From Perkinsus chesapeaki ATCC PRA-425 (lineage: Eukaryota; Protista; Perkinsozoa), in NCBI GenBank assembly GCA_013115145.1, contig JAAPAO010000106.1, positions 11,998 to 75,997 of the forward strand: a stretch of 64,000 nt of DNA. Reading direction: 5' to 3'. Shown in pieces: positions 23,697 through 36,205 of this stretch (the first letter of the stretch is position 1; each line of letters opens with the position of its first letter). Made by a program: the position numbers and the translations under genes. A model generated the notes under the pieces. That model ran no database searches. It worked only from the letters and a program-made list of their open reading frames with translations, and was not told the origin of the DNA.

Positions 23697-24907
23697 TTAT
23701 GCTTCCATACAGGATGCTATCGCGTCAACCATTTTAGGGAGATCATCTTCATCGAGGAAATTATGATGTGCCTCGATGGTGCGAACTTGACCATGACCTT
23801 CCGGCATCTGATCCATGAACAACTTTTGTACTTTTTCTCTCAATTGCGGGTTAGTGTATTTATCAATAGTAGGATGTATAATAAATGCTCCTTGAAGCTT
23901 TACTAAGGGCTCAACGCTTGGCTCAATAGGCATATCTTTCAGCTCCCATGCTAGCATTCTTTCAATATTACGCAGGAATTTACCGTGGCAGATCTCCCTA
24001 CCAGCATCACGCATTGGAACGGATGAGGGAACGAGGGCAAGAATACCACTTAGTATGGGACGGAACCATGACAGAACGGACAAGGTGGGACGGGTACCAT
24101 AGCGAAGGCGATTGTAGTTTGAGAATCTACAAATTGTCGGAGCAAGTAGACCAACTTCGAACTTAACCGTGGGGAAATTGTGACGTATCTTACCGATAAA
24201 ATTAAGCAATATAAAAGCACCGATAGAATGACCTAGTAACAGAACTCTTTCATGTTTGGTTGGGTCAATTCTTCTAGACAACAGACGAACATGATGATCG
24301 ACTTGCTGCTGTAGAGTGTCGAAAACCCTCTCACTTGTCTGGGAGTGACCGGCATGACCTTCCACCAGGACTTCTGCCCCAGGGAACTTGCCTACCAATA
24401 GCATGGCGAACTCGCGATATAAAGATACGACCGCTGGATTACCCGGAATAACAACAATCAATAAACCAGTATAAGGAGCTTCCTTGGACTTATGCATATC
24501 TTTATCGGCTAACCAAAAAGAGTCAGAATTCACGTGACTAGTGACACGCCGTCGGACCAAATGACGAACCTTGCCCTTGGTGATACCATTACCCTTCTGA
24601 ACCTTGGTACAGGACTCAACAGACAGATCAGAGGCAGTTGTCGTAGCAGCAGATGAAGTATCACTTCTACGACTCTTAACGGTAGCCGTCATCATAAAGG
24701 GAACTAAGAATAGCTGAAAGAGGAACACTACAACCCACCACTGAGTGTTTGTCCGAGCGGTTAAGGGGTCAGGCTCAACATCCTACGGGCAGCGCTCGCG
24801 TAGGTTCGATCCTCGCAGGACTTATATACCGCAGAAGAACTCAAAGACTTGTAGAGGGTTGAAGAATGGATAACATTTAATAAAGTTGCCAATAAAAAGT
24901 CAAACAT
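23697..24907 (-). CDS. Lipid-droplet-associated alpha/beta hydrolase (LDAH/DUF2305-like); exon 1 24830-24907, exon 2 23697-24713
   Basis: IPGNPAVVSLYREF and GHSIG nucleophile motifs. A phase-0 intron joins MFDFLLATLLNVIHSSTLYKSLSSSA to LFLVPFMM. Confidence 0.8.
24743..24824 (+). pseudogene. Full-length decayed tRNA-Leu(CAA)-like sequence filling the first LDAH intron, antisense to host
   Basis: GAGTGTT TG TCCG AGCGGTTA AGGG G TCAGG CT CAA CA TCCTA, long variable arm, then GTAGG TTCGAT CCTCG CAGGACTT A. Class II layout; anticodon and T stems are mismatched. Confidence 0.75.
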
Positions 24908-25147
24908 GCTGAGGTAACATCATCACTACTCTTCAAAAACTGGATCATACTCCCCCAGAGGAGCGCGTGCCTGACAATACAGGATAACGCACCACAAGGA
25001 AAGTGACAGATATACGATTTGACATTCTCTATCATGGCCAACTGAATCCTAGACGAACCGAGAAGGCATAATGATCTCAGACGGTGGAGTTTTTGGACCC
25101 ATTCCGAAGCCCCATTAAATGCCTTTTATGATTCAATGCATTAACTC

Positions 25148-27020
25148 TCATCCGAGCTCGACGACGACGACACTCTGCCCTACCTTCCCCATATCTCGTG
25201 TTATATTCTTTTGATGAGCTTCTAATGTACCTCCACCTATCTCCAATAACTTGGCATCCCGCCATAGTCTTTCAACTACATATTCCCCAACATAACCGTA
25301 TCCACCGAGACACTAATAATCATCAACACTCTCCATGTCACCTCCTTCACCCTCACCTGTATAGCTCTATCAGCTACATCCTTCGCCATACTTGTTGCAA
25401 ATAGTTTCACGCCATCTGAATCCGATCTCGACCCACTAGCTGTATCCAACCTCAACTGCCCAGCAACAGCATACCTAACCCATCCAACCTAAACCGCCTA
25501 GAACCCCCGAAACCCCTACACATATGCCCGCGCTGCTGCCCACTGGGCGTAGGAGTCTGCAAAATGCCTTTGAATTTGGCCAAAGTCTGCCAAGGGCTTT
25601 CCAAAGGACTTTCTTTCATGTGCGTAGGCCAACATAGCATCCAGACACCTTTATAAATAAGCTCTACCACCTCCATTGCTAGTAGGCAAAACTACTACCT
25701 GCGCGCTATACCCAAACTCATAGCCGCCAAGGTAACTCTTTCAATCTCTAAATTACGCATCATTGGCACCAATCCTTTACCTGATAAGACCAACTTAGCA
25801 ATCTAATCACCACTAACGATGCCACCTAAATCACCGACAAGATTCTCTTTGGGAATCTTAACTCCATCAAAAACAAGCTCAGCAGTGCTAGATGCTCTCA
25901 TACCGCACTTATCAGTGATTTTCTGCCCCACTTTAAATCCTACAACACAACGATCATACAAACACTCTGACAATCTAACCTTCCATCCCCTTCTCCACTA
26001 TGAACAATGACAGCCCTTCTGGCGCCTTGGCATATACCTACCCAGGATGCATGCTGTTAATCACTTAATTGTTATCTTCACTAAACAACAGTCACCAAGT
26101 TGAACCCCTTCCGCTTCGGTATCAATACACCCATTTGTTATCCACATTTTGCTACCATTTAACCTTATAAAAATACCCCATGCGAGGATCGAACCAGGGA
26201 CCTTTCGAATACCAACCTCCATCCATCCCCATCTGGAGTAGCCTTCGTCGTCATTGCCATAACATCCGTACCGCATCCTGGCTCACTCATGCCCATACTG
26301 CCAATAATTTTCCCAGATATAGCCGACGGCAGTAGCCTACAGAGCCTGCCTCCATTCATAGTTATATCACCTTTACCTTTCTTTTTGCTCCTCTGATCCG
26401 TTGTGATATAAATTATTAACAAACAGCATAGAGTGTGCCAGATAGCTCAAGCATAAGCCTGGATCAGAATACGACAGCTCCTGACAATACCGTCAATTGG
26501 TTCGTATACGTGCTCCTCGCCAGAATACTGTCCTCCTAACCTCGGCTCCAACTCAGTCTACAATCCCTTTTCTCTCTCTTCTATATAAAATTAACTCTTC
26601 ACCACCCGGAAAATTATCCGAAATTTTCCCAGTGACTTTGAAATTATTAACCCTACTACTTCATGCGCTATAACAGCAGCAACAGCATCCATACCACTAC
26701 CACCGTACTCCTCCGATACACAGATGCCATATAAACCTATGATAAGGGAATCATCTGACAGCTTGCGTCAGATAAGCGTCCCTCTCGTACCGAGATCTCC
26801 TAGCTCTCTAAGTAGAGGTAAGTTACACTTCTCCAGGCGATCGTGATGAAGAGCTTGTGGTTCAACCTAGGGAAATATAGCTCCCCAAAATATAGGGAAA
26901 TATCACTTTATTAGCCACGAAGGATCTTAACATATTTCTCAAAGCACTGTGGTCTGAGGTAGGTGTAAGGAGCTTATGTAGCAGCCCAGAGGTGGTGGTA
27001 CGGACTACTTTTGATGACAT
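25148..27020 (-). CDS. IVD: Isovaleryl-CoA dehydrogenase-like acyl-CoA dehydrogenase, multi-exon
   Basis: GSMGMSEPGCGTDVMAMTTKA, LNGSKMWITNG and the C-terminal KLLEIGGGTLEAHQKNITRD. Confidence 0.85.
26174..26207 (-). pseudogene. tRNA-like 3' half in a 53-nt IVD intron (26164-26216), sense to host
   Basis: CGAAAGGTC CCTGG TTCGATC CTCGC ATGGGGT A followed by TTTTATAAG. Splicing gives the conserved GDGWR|LNGSKMWITNG. Confidence 0.85.
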
Positions 27021-27099
27021 AACAGTGGAAAAGCTAAATAAATTAATAATAACTACTAACACAACCGACTTCATCATTATCTTCATTATCATTATCAAT

Positions 27100-29301
27100 T
27101 GTGACCGTTAACCATGACCATCGTGCCCATCCTTCATCCACTTCTACTGCCTTGTCTCTGCTCTGTCTACCCTCCCTATCATCCATCTCAGGTAGCAAAG
27201 AGCCCCAGGAACTGCCTATCTAGACTGGTACTAAATGGCACCTGTATATCCTGTCCATCCTGCCCCCTAACTGTTGTCGATGTTGACCATTGCATAACTT
27301 GACCACCATTAGCACTACAACTAACCGGTCTAGTGCCCCCACCACCATTCCCTCTCGTACTCCCCCTACACCTGGTCTGTGGTCTACCATCTGTCACCTA
27401 TATCACGAAAATATACTATCCCCTGCCATTCCAGTCATTACATCACTCCTAGCCTGCCTTCCTGACCTACTCCTAGTCCCTCTACTACCAGTACTGGTAT
27501 CTGGTCTACTTTGTTGTTGGATATCATTTATCTATAATAAGCACGATAACATTCATCACTGCTCCTCCTCTACCTACCGCAGCTCTATCAGCCGATGGTA
27601 TCCTAGTCTGCCTCCTCCTATTCGCTGTCGACATCACAGGCGGCGGCCTCTGTTGGCTTGATCCATCCTACAACCAACCGTCATCCACTCCTTCAATCAC
27701 ATACCAACCTGTTCCCGTCTAGATGATGACCGTCCTTGAGTTGATCGATTCGATAATCTCAAGGGTATTGTCAACGGTTCTACACCGTTACGAGTTGTTA
27801 CTGATAATGGTACCGTCTCCCCGCAAGAAGAGGATGAAGCTGATGGCGGAGAGAACTCGTTCTCCTGATAATTAAAGATAAAAATACCCCTACCAGGGAT
27901 CGAACTCACGTCAGCACAGAAGTTAGGGGGCGGTATTTCCTCCCCTCCTCCCTGACCATGCTGCCAAGGGAACTGATCCCAATGTGAGCTATAGTCCCCT
28001 TCAGTGGATGATGATAACGGTTGCTGCTGTCTTAAACCATTCTCATCTGGTTCCTCCACCAATAGACCTACAACAGATAATACTCAACCACTACGGGTGG
28101 CCTTAACCTAATACTATTGGTTGGTTTCACTGCATTAGTCGGCTGTGACCTCCTATTACTTTGTTGCTGCCCTCCTCCTCCTCCAGTATCTACTACTTCA
28201 TTATCCCCCTTATCGCCCTCTATAGGACCTACCTCTTTGGCTCCTAGATCTCCTATTCCAACTAGAAGGCCGCTTTACAGTAGATGTAGTGGTAGAGGTA
28301 AAGTCTTCGATTAAAATACCATCATCATCACCCTCATCATCAGATATGTACGCACCAACGGTACTACTACCATCATCACCTATCCAACATGAATCTCCAT
28401 CAACCCTCTGCACCTCCCTACCTCCACCATGTGCTCTAACCTGCTGCTCCCCACCCGGCCGGCATCTTCTCGACCTTGGTGCTGCCCACGAGCCCTAAGA
28501 TACTTCATCACAATAAGTAATAAATGTATTATTACCCCTGTAACCATTTGACCATTGATATGTGCCAATAGTGCAGGATTGCTCCTCCTTGCCGAGCCCC
28601 CTCTCCTACTAGGTGGTCTCTTGGCTAGGGTAGCGACCGATTCTGTTGTCAATGGTCCCGGCTTCCTTTCCCTTTCAAATGCATCAGTAACCCTTTGTAT
28701 GGTAAATAACTGAGGTAATACTATCCCACTTTGCCCTATATATTCTCCTACCCCAGCAGCTGTACCATTTTTTCTCGACGGCGGTCTCTTCACCGGTCTC
28801 TTATCTATATCATCATCCACCACCACCGAAGAAGCATCGTCAGCATTATCATTAATTCCTTTACAACTACTAGATGCTATTAATAGACCACCCATACCCC
28901 ATTCGTTATTCGAGTGATGATGACGACCTGCATTTATTAATTATTCTGACACCTCTAGCTGTCCTCCTTACCACCATCCTTCTTTAATTGTTGCATTGAC
29001 CTTAACATTTGAGCCCCTTGTTGTGCTACTAAATTAGCCCTATCAATAACCCCATTAGCTCCACCATCCTTGGCCATAGTTCCTTTACGAGCCATCTTAA
29101 CAGGCTTTGCCATATTACCACCAGCACTCCCCCTGGAGGCAGGTGGCCTACAGGAAGTACCTAAGTCAACCTAAAGATACGCCTCCTGTTTAGGGTAATA
29201 CCCTGCCCTCCTCTAGTGCTGGTTTGCCTGGTCTCTGGTGATGATGTAGCTGGACGACGATACTGTCGAAGATCGTTGCTAATAGGTGATATAGTAGGCA
29301 T
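27100..29301 (-). CDS. Low-complexity hypothetical protein with recurring (K)RPPSR motifs, multi-exon; 3' end approximate
   Basis: Spliced frame MPTISPISNDLRQYRRP...GGQG|TSCRPPASRGSAGGNMAKPVK, with further open exons at 28380-28895, 27697-28062 and 27188-27397. Confidence 0.5.
27885..27909 (-). pseudogene. tRNA-like T-arm and 3' end in a 45-nt predicted intron (27865-27909), sense to host
   Basis: GTGAG TTCGATC CCTGG TAGGGGT A TTTTT...CAG. The intron is a multiple of 3 and has no stop codon. Confidence 0.7.
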
Positions 29302-29421
29302 TGTAATAAAGCTCAATGATCGCAGCACGACAATTAAAATGGTCAATTACAGCGGAGCGAAGCGATTCACGAATACACATTTTGTTTTTCCGTTCTTCAT
29401 CCGACATAGAATTGATTATCA

Positions 29422-31503
29422 ATGAAGTTTGGCAAGAATATATCAGTACAACAAGAGCAGCGACCAGACCTGCATTATCTACAGTACCACTTGGATGCAC
29501 GCGTATCAACCTCGAAAATATCTTCAGGTACAAGCCCCTTAAAAAGGTTCTTAAACGGTCATTGCGAAGTGGTAACGATGGTGACCAAGCTGGAGCATTC
29601 GAGCGGGCTCTAGAGGAAGAGGTAAAAGGGAATAGGAGAAGGGGCTTTGTATTGCTTTCTATAGATTGATGAGGTCAATAAATCCTTTAGTGAGCATGCA
29701 CAGGAGATACAGGATCAGATAACAGTACTGAGCTCAGAAGGATCTAGTAAGGATCAACCTAAGATACTCAACCACATGCTTATTAACCTTAGCGGAATCT
29801 TCTGCATCCGATAGACTACGAGCATTGATGGGTTTAAGTCGGGCAGTTGATGAATTAAGAAAGTTCGCCGTGTGGAACGCCGTCGGTGTCGTAAAGATAC
29901 TGAAGAAAAGGAATAAGCTCCAGTAGGTTAACACCATTAGATTCCATAATACCTATGAATAGGTCAAAGCTGATGGAGAAAAATGGTCCTGGGGAATTGA
30001 AGGACCCAACTCAGGTCGATGAGGAAAGGGCACGATGGTTGAGACGCCAGACGTTCTTCACCGGCACTGATTTTGCTGAACTACAGGTCAGTGAGGGCTG
30101 GTTATTAAAGTAAATATACTACATTGATTACTAAGTCGATGGCTAACTACGTCAAATTCGGCCCTCGGAAATTTCGTGACGACACGGCTCAATCAGGGCA
30201 GCTTTGAAGTTTTTTAGCAAAGCCCGAGTTAATGGCCGCACCCGGGTGGAGAAATCCATATTAGAGGTAGCCCAGCAGTAGCAGCGGCCTCCACTTTCAG
30301 GCGTCTATAGAGTCCCTATCGAACGCCCTTTGCCGTGAAAGGCTACACGAGCTCGGCCCTGAGAAGTTACCGTCTCAGCTAGTCCTCGCTGAGGATGACG
30401 ACTGTCCGGTCGGAATGTTCAGGGATGAACGATGTCCAATCTGCCTGGAGAAGTGCAGTGATGTTGTGGAGCTGTCGACATGTGAACATAAATTTTGCTG
30501 GAAATGTTTCGTCCTCGGCCCCATCGCCTTCGCTCCTGGCGAGTACCGTTTTGATCGGTGTCCGATTTGCCGAAGAGAACAGCCACTGGATCCCACTGTT
30601 AATTTTAAGACCGATACCAACTCCAACTCGACGACTAATATGCTGCTCCGAATGGCCAAATACGTGGATGTAGATGACTCCAACGAGCCTGCTGATGATA
30701 AAGAATCTTCCGGAAAAGAGGACGGCTCCGTTGCAGCAGTTCACCAGCCCAGCACAAGTTCCTTTTTCTCGACTTTGCCGCCATCAACTGGGCATAAGTC
30801 TCCCGAGTCCGGTATGTCATCCGAAAAGAGCTCTCAGCAAAACGCCGCGTGGACGGGTAACGCCGGAGAAGGCATGTATAGTCAGTTTTGCTCCTTGTGT
30901 TGCGAGCCATTACTTCTGGACGCTGTGGTGACGACTCCATGCAAGCATCACTTCCACAGACACTGTCTTCAGCGGCAGACAACAACTACATGCCCCCTGT
31001 GTGGAGCCAAAGACCTCCCTCTAGAGCTCTTTATGCCGAGACATATGCAAGCACAAGTTAGGGCTTTGGGGAGCTGGAAAGTATGTTCCTGTGAATGTCA
31101 AAGTGAGGATATTCTTCCTGACGGGCCTTGTTGCCAATGTTACGGTTGGCGTCTTCACTCACCACCTCCGAGCAACCTCTACACCGTTAATGGCCCGGTC
31201 ACTAGCTATCTCCATCTGTTACCAAAATCAGCATGGTCTAAAGTCAGTCCAATGCACACTTACGGTAATGGTATCTTTCCGTCTGATTTTGTTGGTGATA
31301 ATGATTATGATGACGAGTCCAGTAGTGACTCTAGTAGTAGCTATTGTGACTCAGTGTGCGGTATGGATGACCATAATGCCTACTTCGCATCCTGTGGACC
31401 GTTGCCGTCGTTCAATAAAGATCTTGCGGAAATCACCGCTAGTGTTCATCGCCGCAGAGACCTGGCTGAGGAGGAATTTATGCACTCTGGTGTCCCTCAT
31501 TAA
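29422..31503 (+). CDS. SPX-domain protein with two RING fingers (NLA-like E3 ligase architecture)
   Basis: SPX hallmarks MKFGK, YKPLKKVLK, EEE|IDEVN and LRKFAVWNAVGVVKILKK. RINGs: CPIC...CEHKFCWKC...CPIC and CSLC...CKHHFHRHC...CPLC. Confidence 0.85.
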
Positions 31504-31653
31504 CAACCCTGGTTAACGTAGTTACTATAAAACTCACTTTGTAAGATAATCTCATCGGTGCCTAGATTATAAATATTGTATACTTAACCATTCTTGGTCT
31601 CCGAGTTCAACAATATGCCCTATCACCAATTAGACTGTTATTTTACATTAGTG

Positions 31654-32840
31654 ATGACTGATACTATCGCCACTTCAAACAGCACTTCCTGTTCATCGGT
31701 GCTTCGACGGGACAAGTCCGGCTTCAGTCCTGCTGGGACCTGGAAACCAACTGCCGAGTAAGATTGATATAATATCACTAACTTACATCATACGCAGGTT
31801 CAGAAAGCGTGCTGGATGTGTAGTTTTCAATCAAGCTGGTAAGTAGCTATTGCATATCTTTATTATGCAACTTATTAGGTGATTCCGTTTTACTTGTCAA
31901 CTCACGTCGACATGGTGCCTTAACACATACCATACCGAGTGGTAAAGTAGAAGGATTTGATCAGACTCTAGAAGCTGCAGCGGTACGAGAGACCCTTGAA
32001 GAGGTAGTCTTGAGCAATAATAAAGCTCCCGCCGCCACCGCCGCCGGAGCTCGACCCAAGGCATCTCAAGGCATGAAGATATATTTTTGTGTATCGGTAT
32101 TATGCGTTTATCATTTCTTTTTGCATATGGCTGAAAAAGCATACCGAAACTCCATCGTCCAAGCAGGCAATACAATCCCGCTTGTGCACGGTTAGTTTTT
32201 GTGGGATTCTCCCCCCCTTAGTTTTCTCCTTAACCCCTTCTCTTATTTTTATATTACATACCGACCATCGAACTGATCATTGTTAGTCTTATACTATCCA
32301 AAAATCATCACGCAAGAGTTCACAGACACTTCATGTGCCGCCAGAATATTCGAAATAATTAAACTCTCTTTTGTTGCTCAAAATGCTCAATTGTATCTCC
32401 ACATTAAGACAGCTTTTTCCTTTCCGAGGAACATAGACTCCTTGTTGGAAGACCCAGCAGATTGTAGTTGTTGTTTCTTCTTCTTTCAGGCCGGAGTAAT
32501 GTGTACCGTTATGGGTGACCTTGGATGGTTTAGATCACATGACAAGAGCGGCAGCCCTAAAGCTACTAGAGTCTTTTATGGCCGCTGTGAAAAGATACTC
32601 GATAATTGGCGAGAAGTACGCTATTACATCCAATGTCATTCACCTTTTATTTTAGGAGCGTTTTAGAGACCGTCTGTGGTGTACTATTCCGGAAGCCATG
32701 GCTCTATTGGGCAGTGATCGACCTTTATATCAGATGGCTATTAGCATGGCCCATGATGTAGATGGTAGTTGTTATTAATGTCATTTATCTACTGTTATAG
32801 GTTTACATCCACACACCGATGGAGCTATTGGATTTGCCTA
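31654..32840 (+). CDS. Nudix hydrolase of the DIPP/NUDT3 (diphosphoinositol polyphosphate phosphohydrolase) type, multi-exon
   Basis: Spliced EFRKRAGCVVFNQAGDSVLLVNSRRHG...PSGKVEGFDQTLEAAAVRETLEE|AG (Nudix box), then ILDNWRE|ERFRDRLW, matching the DIPP layout. Confidence 0.75.
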
Positions 32841-33557
32841 ACAACGCTTCCTCTAGTACGACTGATTCTCAGAATTAGTTACCAACAACGACGAGGTCGC
32901 CGCCGTGCCACCTTGATTTCGTATTTCATCGAGACTACCATTCGTCCATGTCGTCGACCTTCCATTTAATTGCCTAATTCTAGAGTTAATTCTCATCATC
33001 GCTTGGCGCTTATCATCATTATCGAACCAACATAATCCAGCATCGCCGTAATCACCCGTAAAGAACCGCCGTAGTCATCAATCCTTATACCATCATACCC
33101 TTTTGTTTATTAGTCTTCTTCTTCCTCCTCCGGTGGTGGTGGTGTCGATGGTATGAGATATAGCGCTATAATGATAGCTAGTATCGATTGTGTTGTCCTG
33201 ACGACGACCACTCACAGAGTTCTGAAGGGTCATTACTTCTACTAAGTGGCCGTTTGTGTCTAAACTTATCGTACTGTTTGTTTGGTAAGTTTCATTTATT
33301 AGTATAATAATACGCAGTGACTGTTGCTGTATTATAGTTCATCTCATATTATCCATCGTATCTCGTTCATCATCGTCAATCTCCTATAAACTGCTTAAAC
33401 CAATCATAACGATCGTCATCGTTATTATGGCTTGGATGTGTGTCCTGGTATCCGTCCTGCACCTCTACATTGTCATACTTAGTATTCACCACCCACAGTT
33501 ACTCAATTTCCTATCACTGCACCTTTTTGTTAAACTAAAGTCAATTAATCAGTAATG

Positions 33558-35864
33558 CTATAATTTGCTATAAGGACCGCGGCCTTGGATCAACTTATTC
33601 GCGACAGTTCGTAACAAACGGTCAACCTCTGGCTGCTTTACGTAAACCTCAGCGATCTTGATTAATTCATCTAGACTAGTATCATCAGCCTCGTCCAGTT
33701 CCACGGGTCTCGGAAGGTCTGGTTGCAGTCTATAATAGACCTCTGTATCTAATATGTCCGCTAGTATATGAGATGTTACTTCAGTTGAGGTTGCACTGTA
33801 TACCATTGCCAGAAGATCTCTGGTGATCGAATATAAACCTGCTTTGGCAGTGTAAGTAGCACCAAGCTTCTCAATAGGGACTCTACCAGTACCAATGCTT
33901 AATAGACAATCGACACTTCTATTAGGGAAGATTCTAGCAGCCTCATGGAGAGCAAGGTGAGCAGGGTTATTAGCAACAAGAGCACCATCTTGGATCACTC
34001 TGCCGTCTTCGAGGACAACAGGAGCAAAATAAACCGGAGCTGCGGTGGTGGCACGAGCACACTGATAGATAGGCAGATTGCGGTCACCTTGATACCGGCT
34101 GCTGTTAGACTCGGGGTAGTTGTAATTGCGAAATAGAAAAGGTTCCGGTGGTGACACAGTTGTTAAGGCTGTCACCACAGCTACCTTTGTTGAACTACCA
34201 CACAGTGCAGTTGTATCCAACATAGATAGTTCACCGTAAATCTGACGGAGATAACGACTCATCGCACGACTGTCATGCTTTTCCCCTTTAAAGAAGATTC
34301 GTAATAGCTTTTCAAGTGAGCCTAGGGTGCCTCCTTTTGAGAACGCAGCCACACTTATATCTCTGGCAACTGCCGAGCTGGTGTCCAATGGTAAATTAAG
34401 ACACCCAATACCAAGCGCCACAAGCCCTCCAGCACTTGTACCAACAATCAGATCGAAATATTGGCTTATACGTTGACTTGGAAGGTATTTACCTAGAGCT
34501 TTGAGGATCGCTAATGTTAGCAGAGATCGGCTGCCCCCGCCGTCCAGGGCTAATATACGAATACCTCTATCTTGGTTAGATGGAGCAGAAGGAGGAGGAG
34601 GTGGTCTGGTATATCCAACAGCACGCTTGAACCATGAGCCCAATGAAGATAGAAAACCATATGTGTTGTTGTTGTCAACTTCATCGATTGCAGTTGGTGT
34701 TAAAGTCGATAACAGTTGTAACCTCCTCAGCAACAACCCTTGCAAAGGCCCTCCTCCACTGCTAATAACGGTATGTCTGATGATAGGGTATACATCAGCC
34801 ACGGCATTGATATAAGACAGCTCCTCCAATGAGCCAGCTCCAGTTAGGGTTGAAGGCAGCGCGTCGAAAGGAATCAGAGGCACCAACGCTGTCGCCAATG
34901 CTGCGCAGCTATCCTTCACAGCTCGGAATAACCGCAAGGCATCGAAGTAACTGAGGCGACATCCTTCTCCACCAGGAGAGGGTAGTAGATCTTCTACACC
35001 AAGTAGAGGGCTTCGGACACCGTGAGCTGCAAGGATTCGGGAGAGGCGTACGAACTGGGGAAGGACCGCCATAGACCCACGTGGTAGTGATGATAAAACG
35101 ACAGCACGAGCGATGGTGTCGCCTCCTATCGCCAAGCTGATGAGGATATCGAAATCTACTTGGTCTATTCGACCGTTGGTTTGTACAATGATACAGAGGC
35201 ATTGATCCACCAAGACTGATGTAAGGGATGACGGAGGGAGAAGTCGACGTAGCTCATGAACGGTTAACCAAGGATCACCGAGTCGAAGACTGTAGTATGC
35301 CCTTATGGTACTGATGATAGGGGACGGCTCCGGCCAAGTGCATTGCGACAACATATCCACCAGGATGGAACTGATCTTTGGTAGCCAATGGTCGATATCG
35401 ATTCCTGCCAGGAGTGAATGCCTCAGCAACACAAGTGCATCCTCAGGCGTTGGTTCTAGTGCATAAAGCACAATACGTCCGACACATAGTCGACGAAGGA
35501 GCGGTATGGCCTCGGATGGTGACACCATAGTAGCAAGGGCGGCACTTAGGAAAGATACTTCGGAAAGTACTTTATCATGTGGCAGATGAGGGATGAGAGT
35601 AGGCCAGTGAAATGCATGAAGCAATGTTGGCATAAAAAAACTAAACAATCGAGGCTTGCCATGGTCTTTATTGTACACACCGGAAACCCGAAACCCAAAA
35701 ACCCGGAACTGCGTACCATCACTAATGGCATAATTTCTACTACGAAGGTCCATAGGGTTGGGAGATCGTGATATGATGTATACTGGTAAGAATGTTTCCA
35801 TTAGATATATTACTACTCTATGAACTGTGAAAATGATTATGCATAATAATATATAAAGGTACAT
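33558..35864 (-). CDS. Patatin-like phospholipase (PNPLA8/iPLA2-gamma-like), intronless; true start uncertain
   Basis: LALDGGGSR, GTSAG catalytic serine motif, and DGALVANNP. Confidence 0.9.
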   Translation of the reverse strand: MYLYILLCIIIFTVHRVVIYLMETFLPVYIISRSPNPMDLRSRNYAISDGTQFRVFGFRVSGVYNKDHGKPRLFSFFMPTLLHAFHWPTLIPHLPHDKVLSEVSFLSAALATMVSPSEAIPLLRRLCVGRIVLYALEPTPEDALVLLRHSLLAGIDIDHWLPKISSILVDMLSQCTWPEPSPIISTIRAYYSLRLGDPWLTVHELRRLLPPSSLTSVLVDQCLCIIVQTNGRIDQVDFDILISLAIGGDTIARAVVLSSLPRGSMAVLPQFVRLSRILAAHGVRSPLLGVEDLLPSPGGEGCRLSYFDALRLFRAVKDSCAALATALVPLIPFDALPSTLTGAGSLEELSYINAVADVYPIIRHTVISSGGGPLQGLLLRRLQLLSTLTPTAIDEVDNNNTYGFLSSLGSWFKRAVGYTRPPPPPSAPSNQDRGIRILALDGGGSRSLLTLAILKALGKYLPSQRISQYFDLIVGTSAGGLVALGIGCLNLPLDTSSAVARDISVAAFSKGGTLGSLEKLLRIFFKGEKHDSRAMSRYLRQIYGELSMLDTTALCGSSTKVAVVTALTTVSPPEPFLFRNYNYPESNSSRYQGDRNLPIYQCARATTAAPVYFAPVVLEDGRVIQDGALVANNPAHLALHEAARIFPNRSVDCLLSIGTGRVPIEKLGATYTAKAGLYSITRDLLAMVYSATSTEVTSHILADILDTEVYYRLQPDLPRPVELDEADDTSLDELIKIAEVYVKQPEVDRLLRTVANKLIQGRGPYSKL

Positions 35865-35945
35865 AATAATAGGTATAAAATAGGTATATAATAATAGGCA
35901 TATAATAGGTATATAAAGGTATAAATATATAATACATAATAATAT
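35840..35945. repeat. Degenerate AT-rich tandem (TATAATAGGTA-like) low-complexity tract
   Basis: Repeated ATAGGTATA/AAAGGTATA words upstream of the patatin ORF. Confidence 0.6.
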
Positions 35946-36205
35946 TTTTGGTTCATATTATGGTAAGTCAATGAGCTACCTTATTGATCACCAACTGGGC
36001 CACAGAAATGTGTATCTGGTAGAACTGGAGTAACAAAGAAGACTATCAAACTCATCATACCGATATACTGCAGGCAGGGTTAGTAGAAAAATTACTAATA
36101 TTATCTTAAGACGTGTCACACTAAACTACCTGGAAGTGCTCGCGCCCGGATGATGACTATCAACTCAATTGAACGAGACAAGAGAAACTATTATTAATGG
36201 TGATG

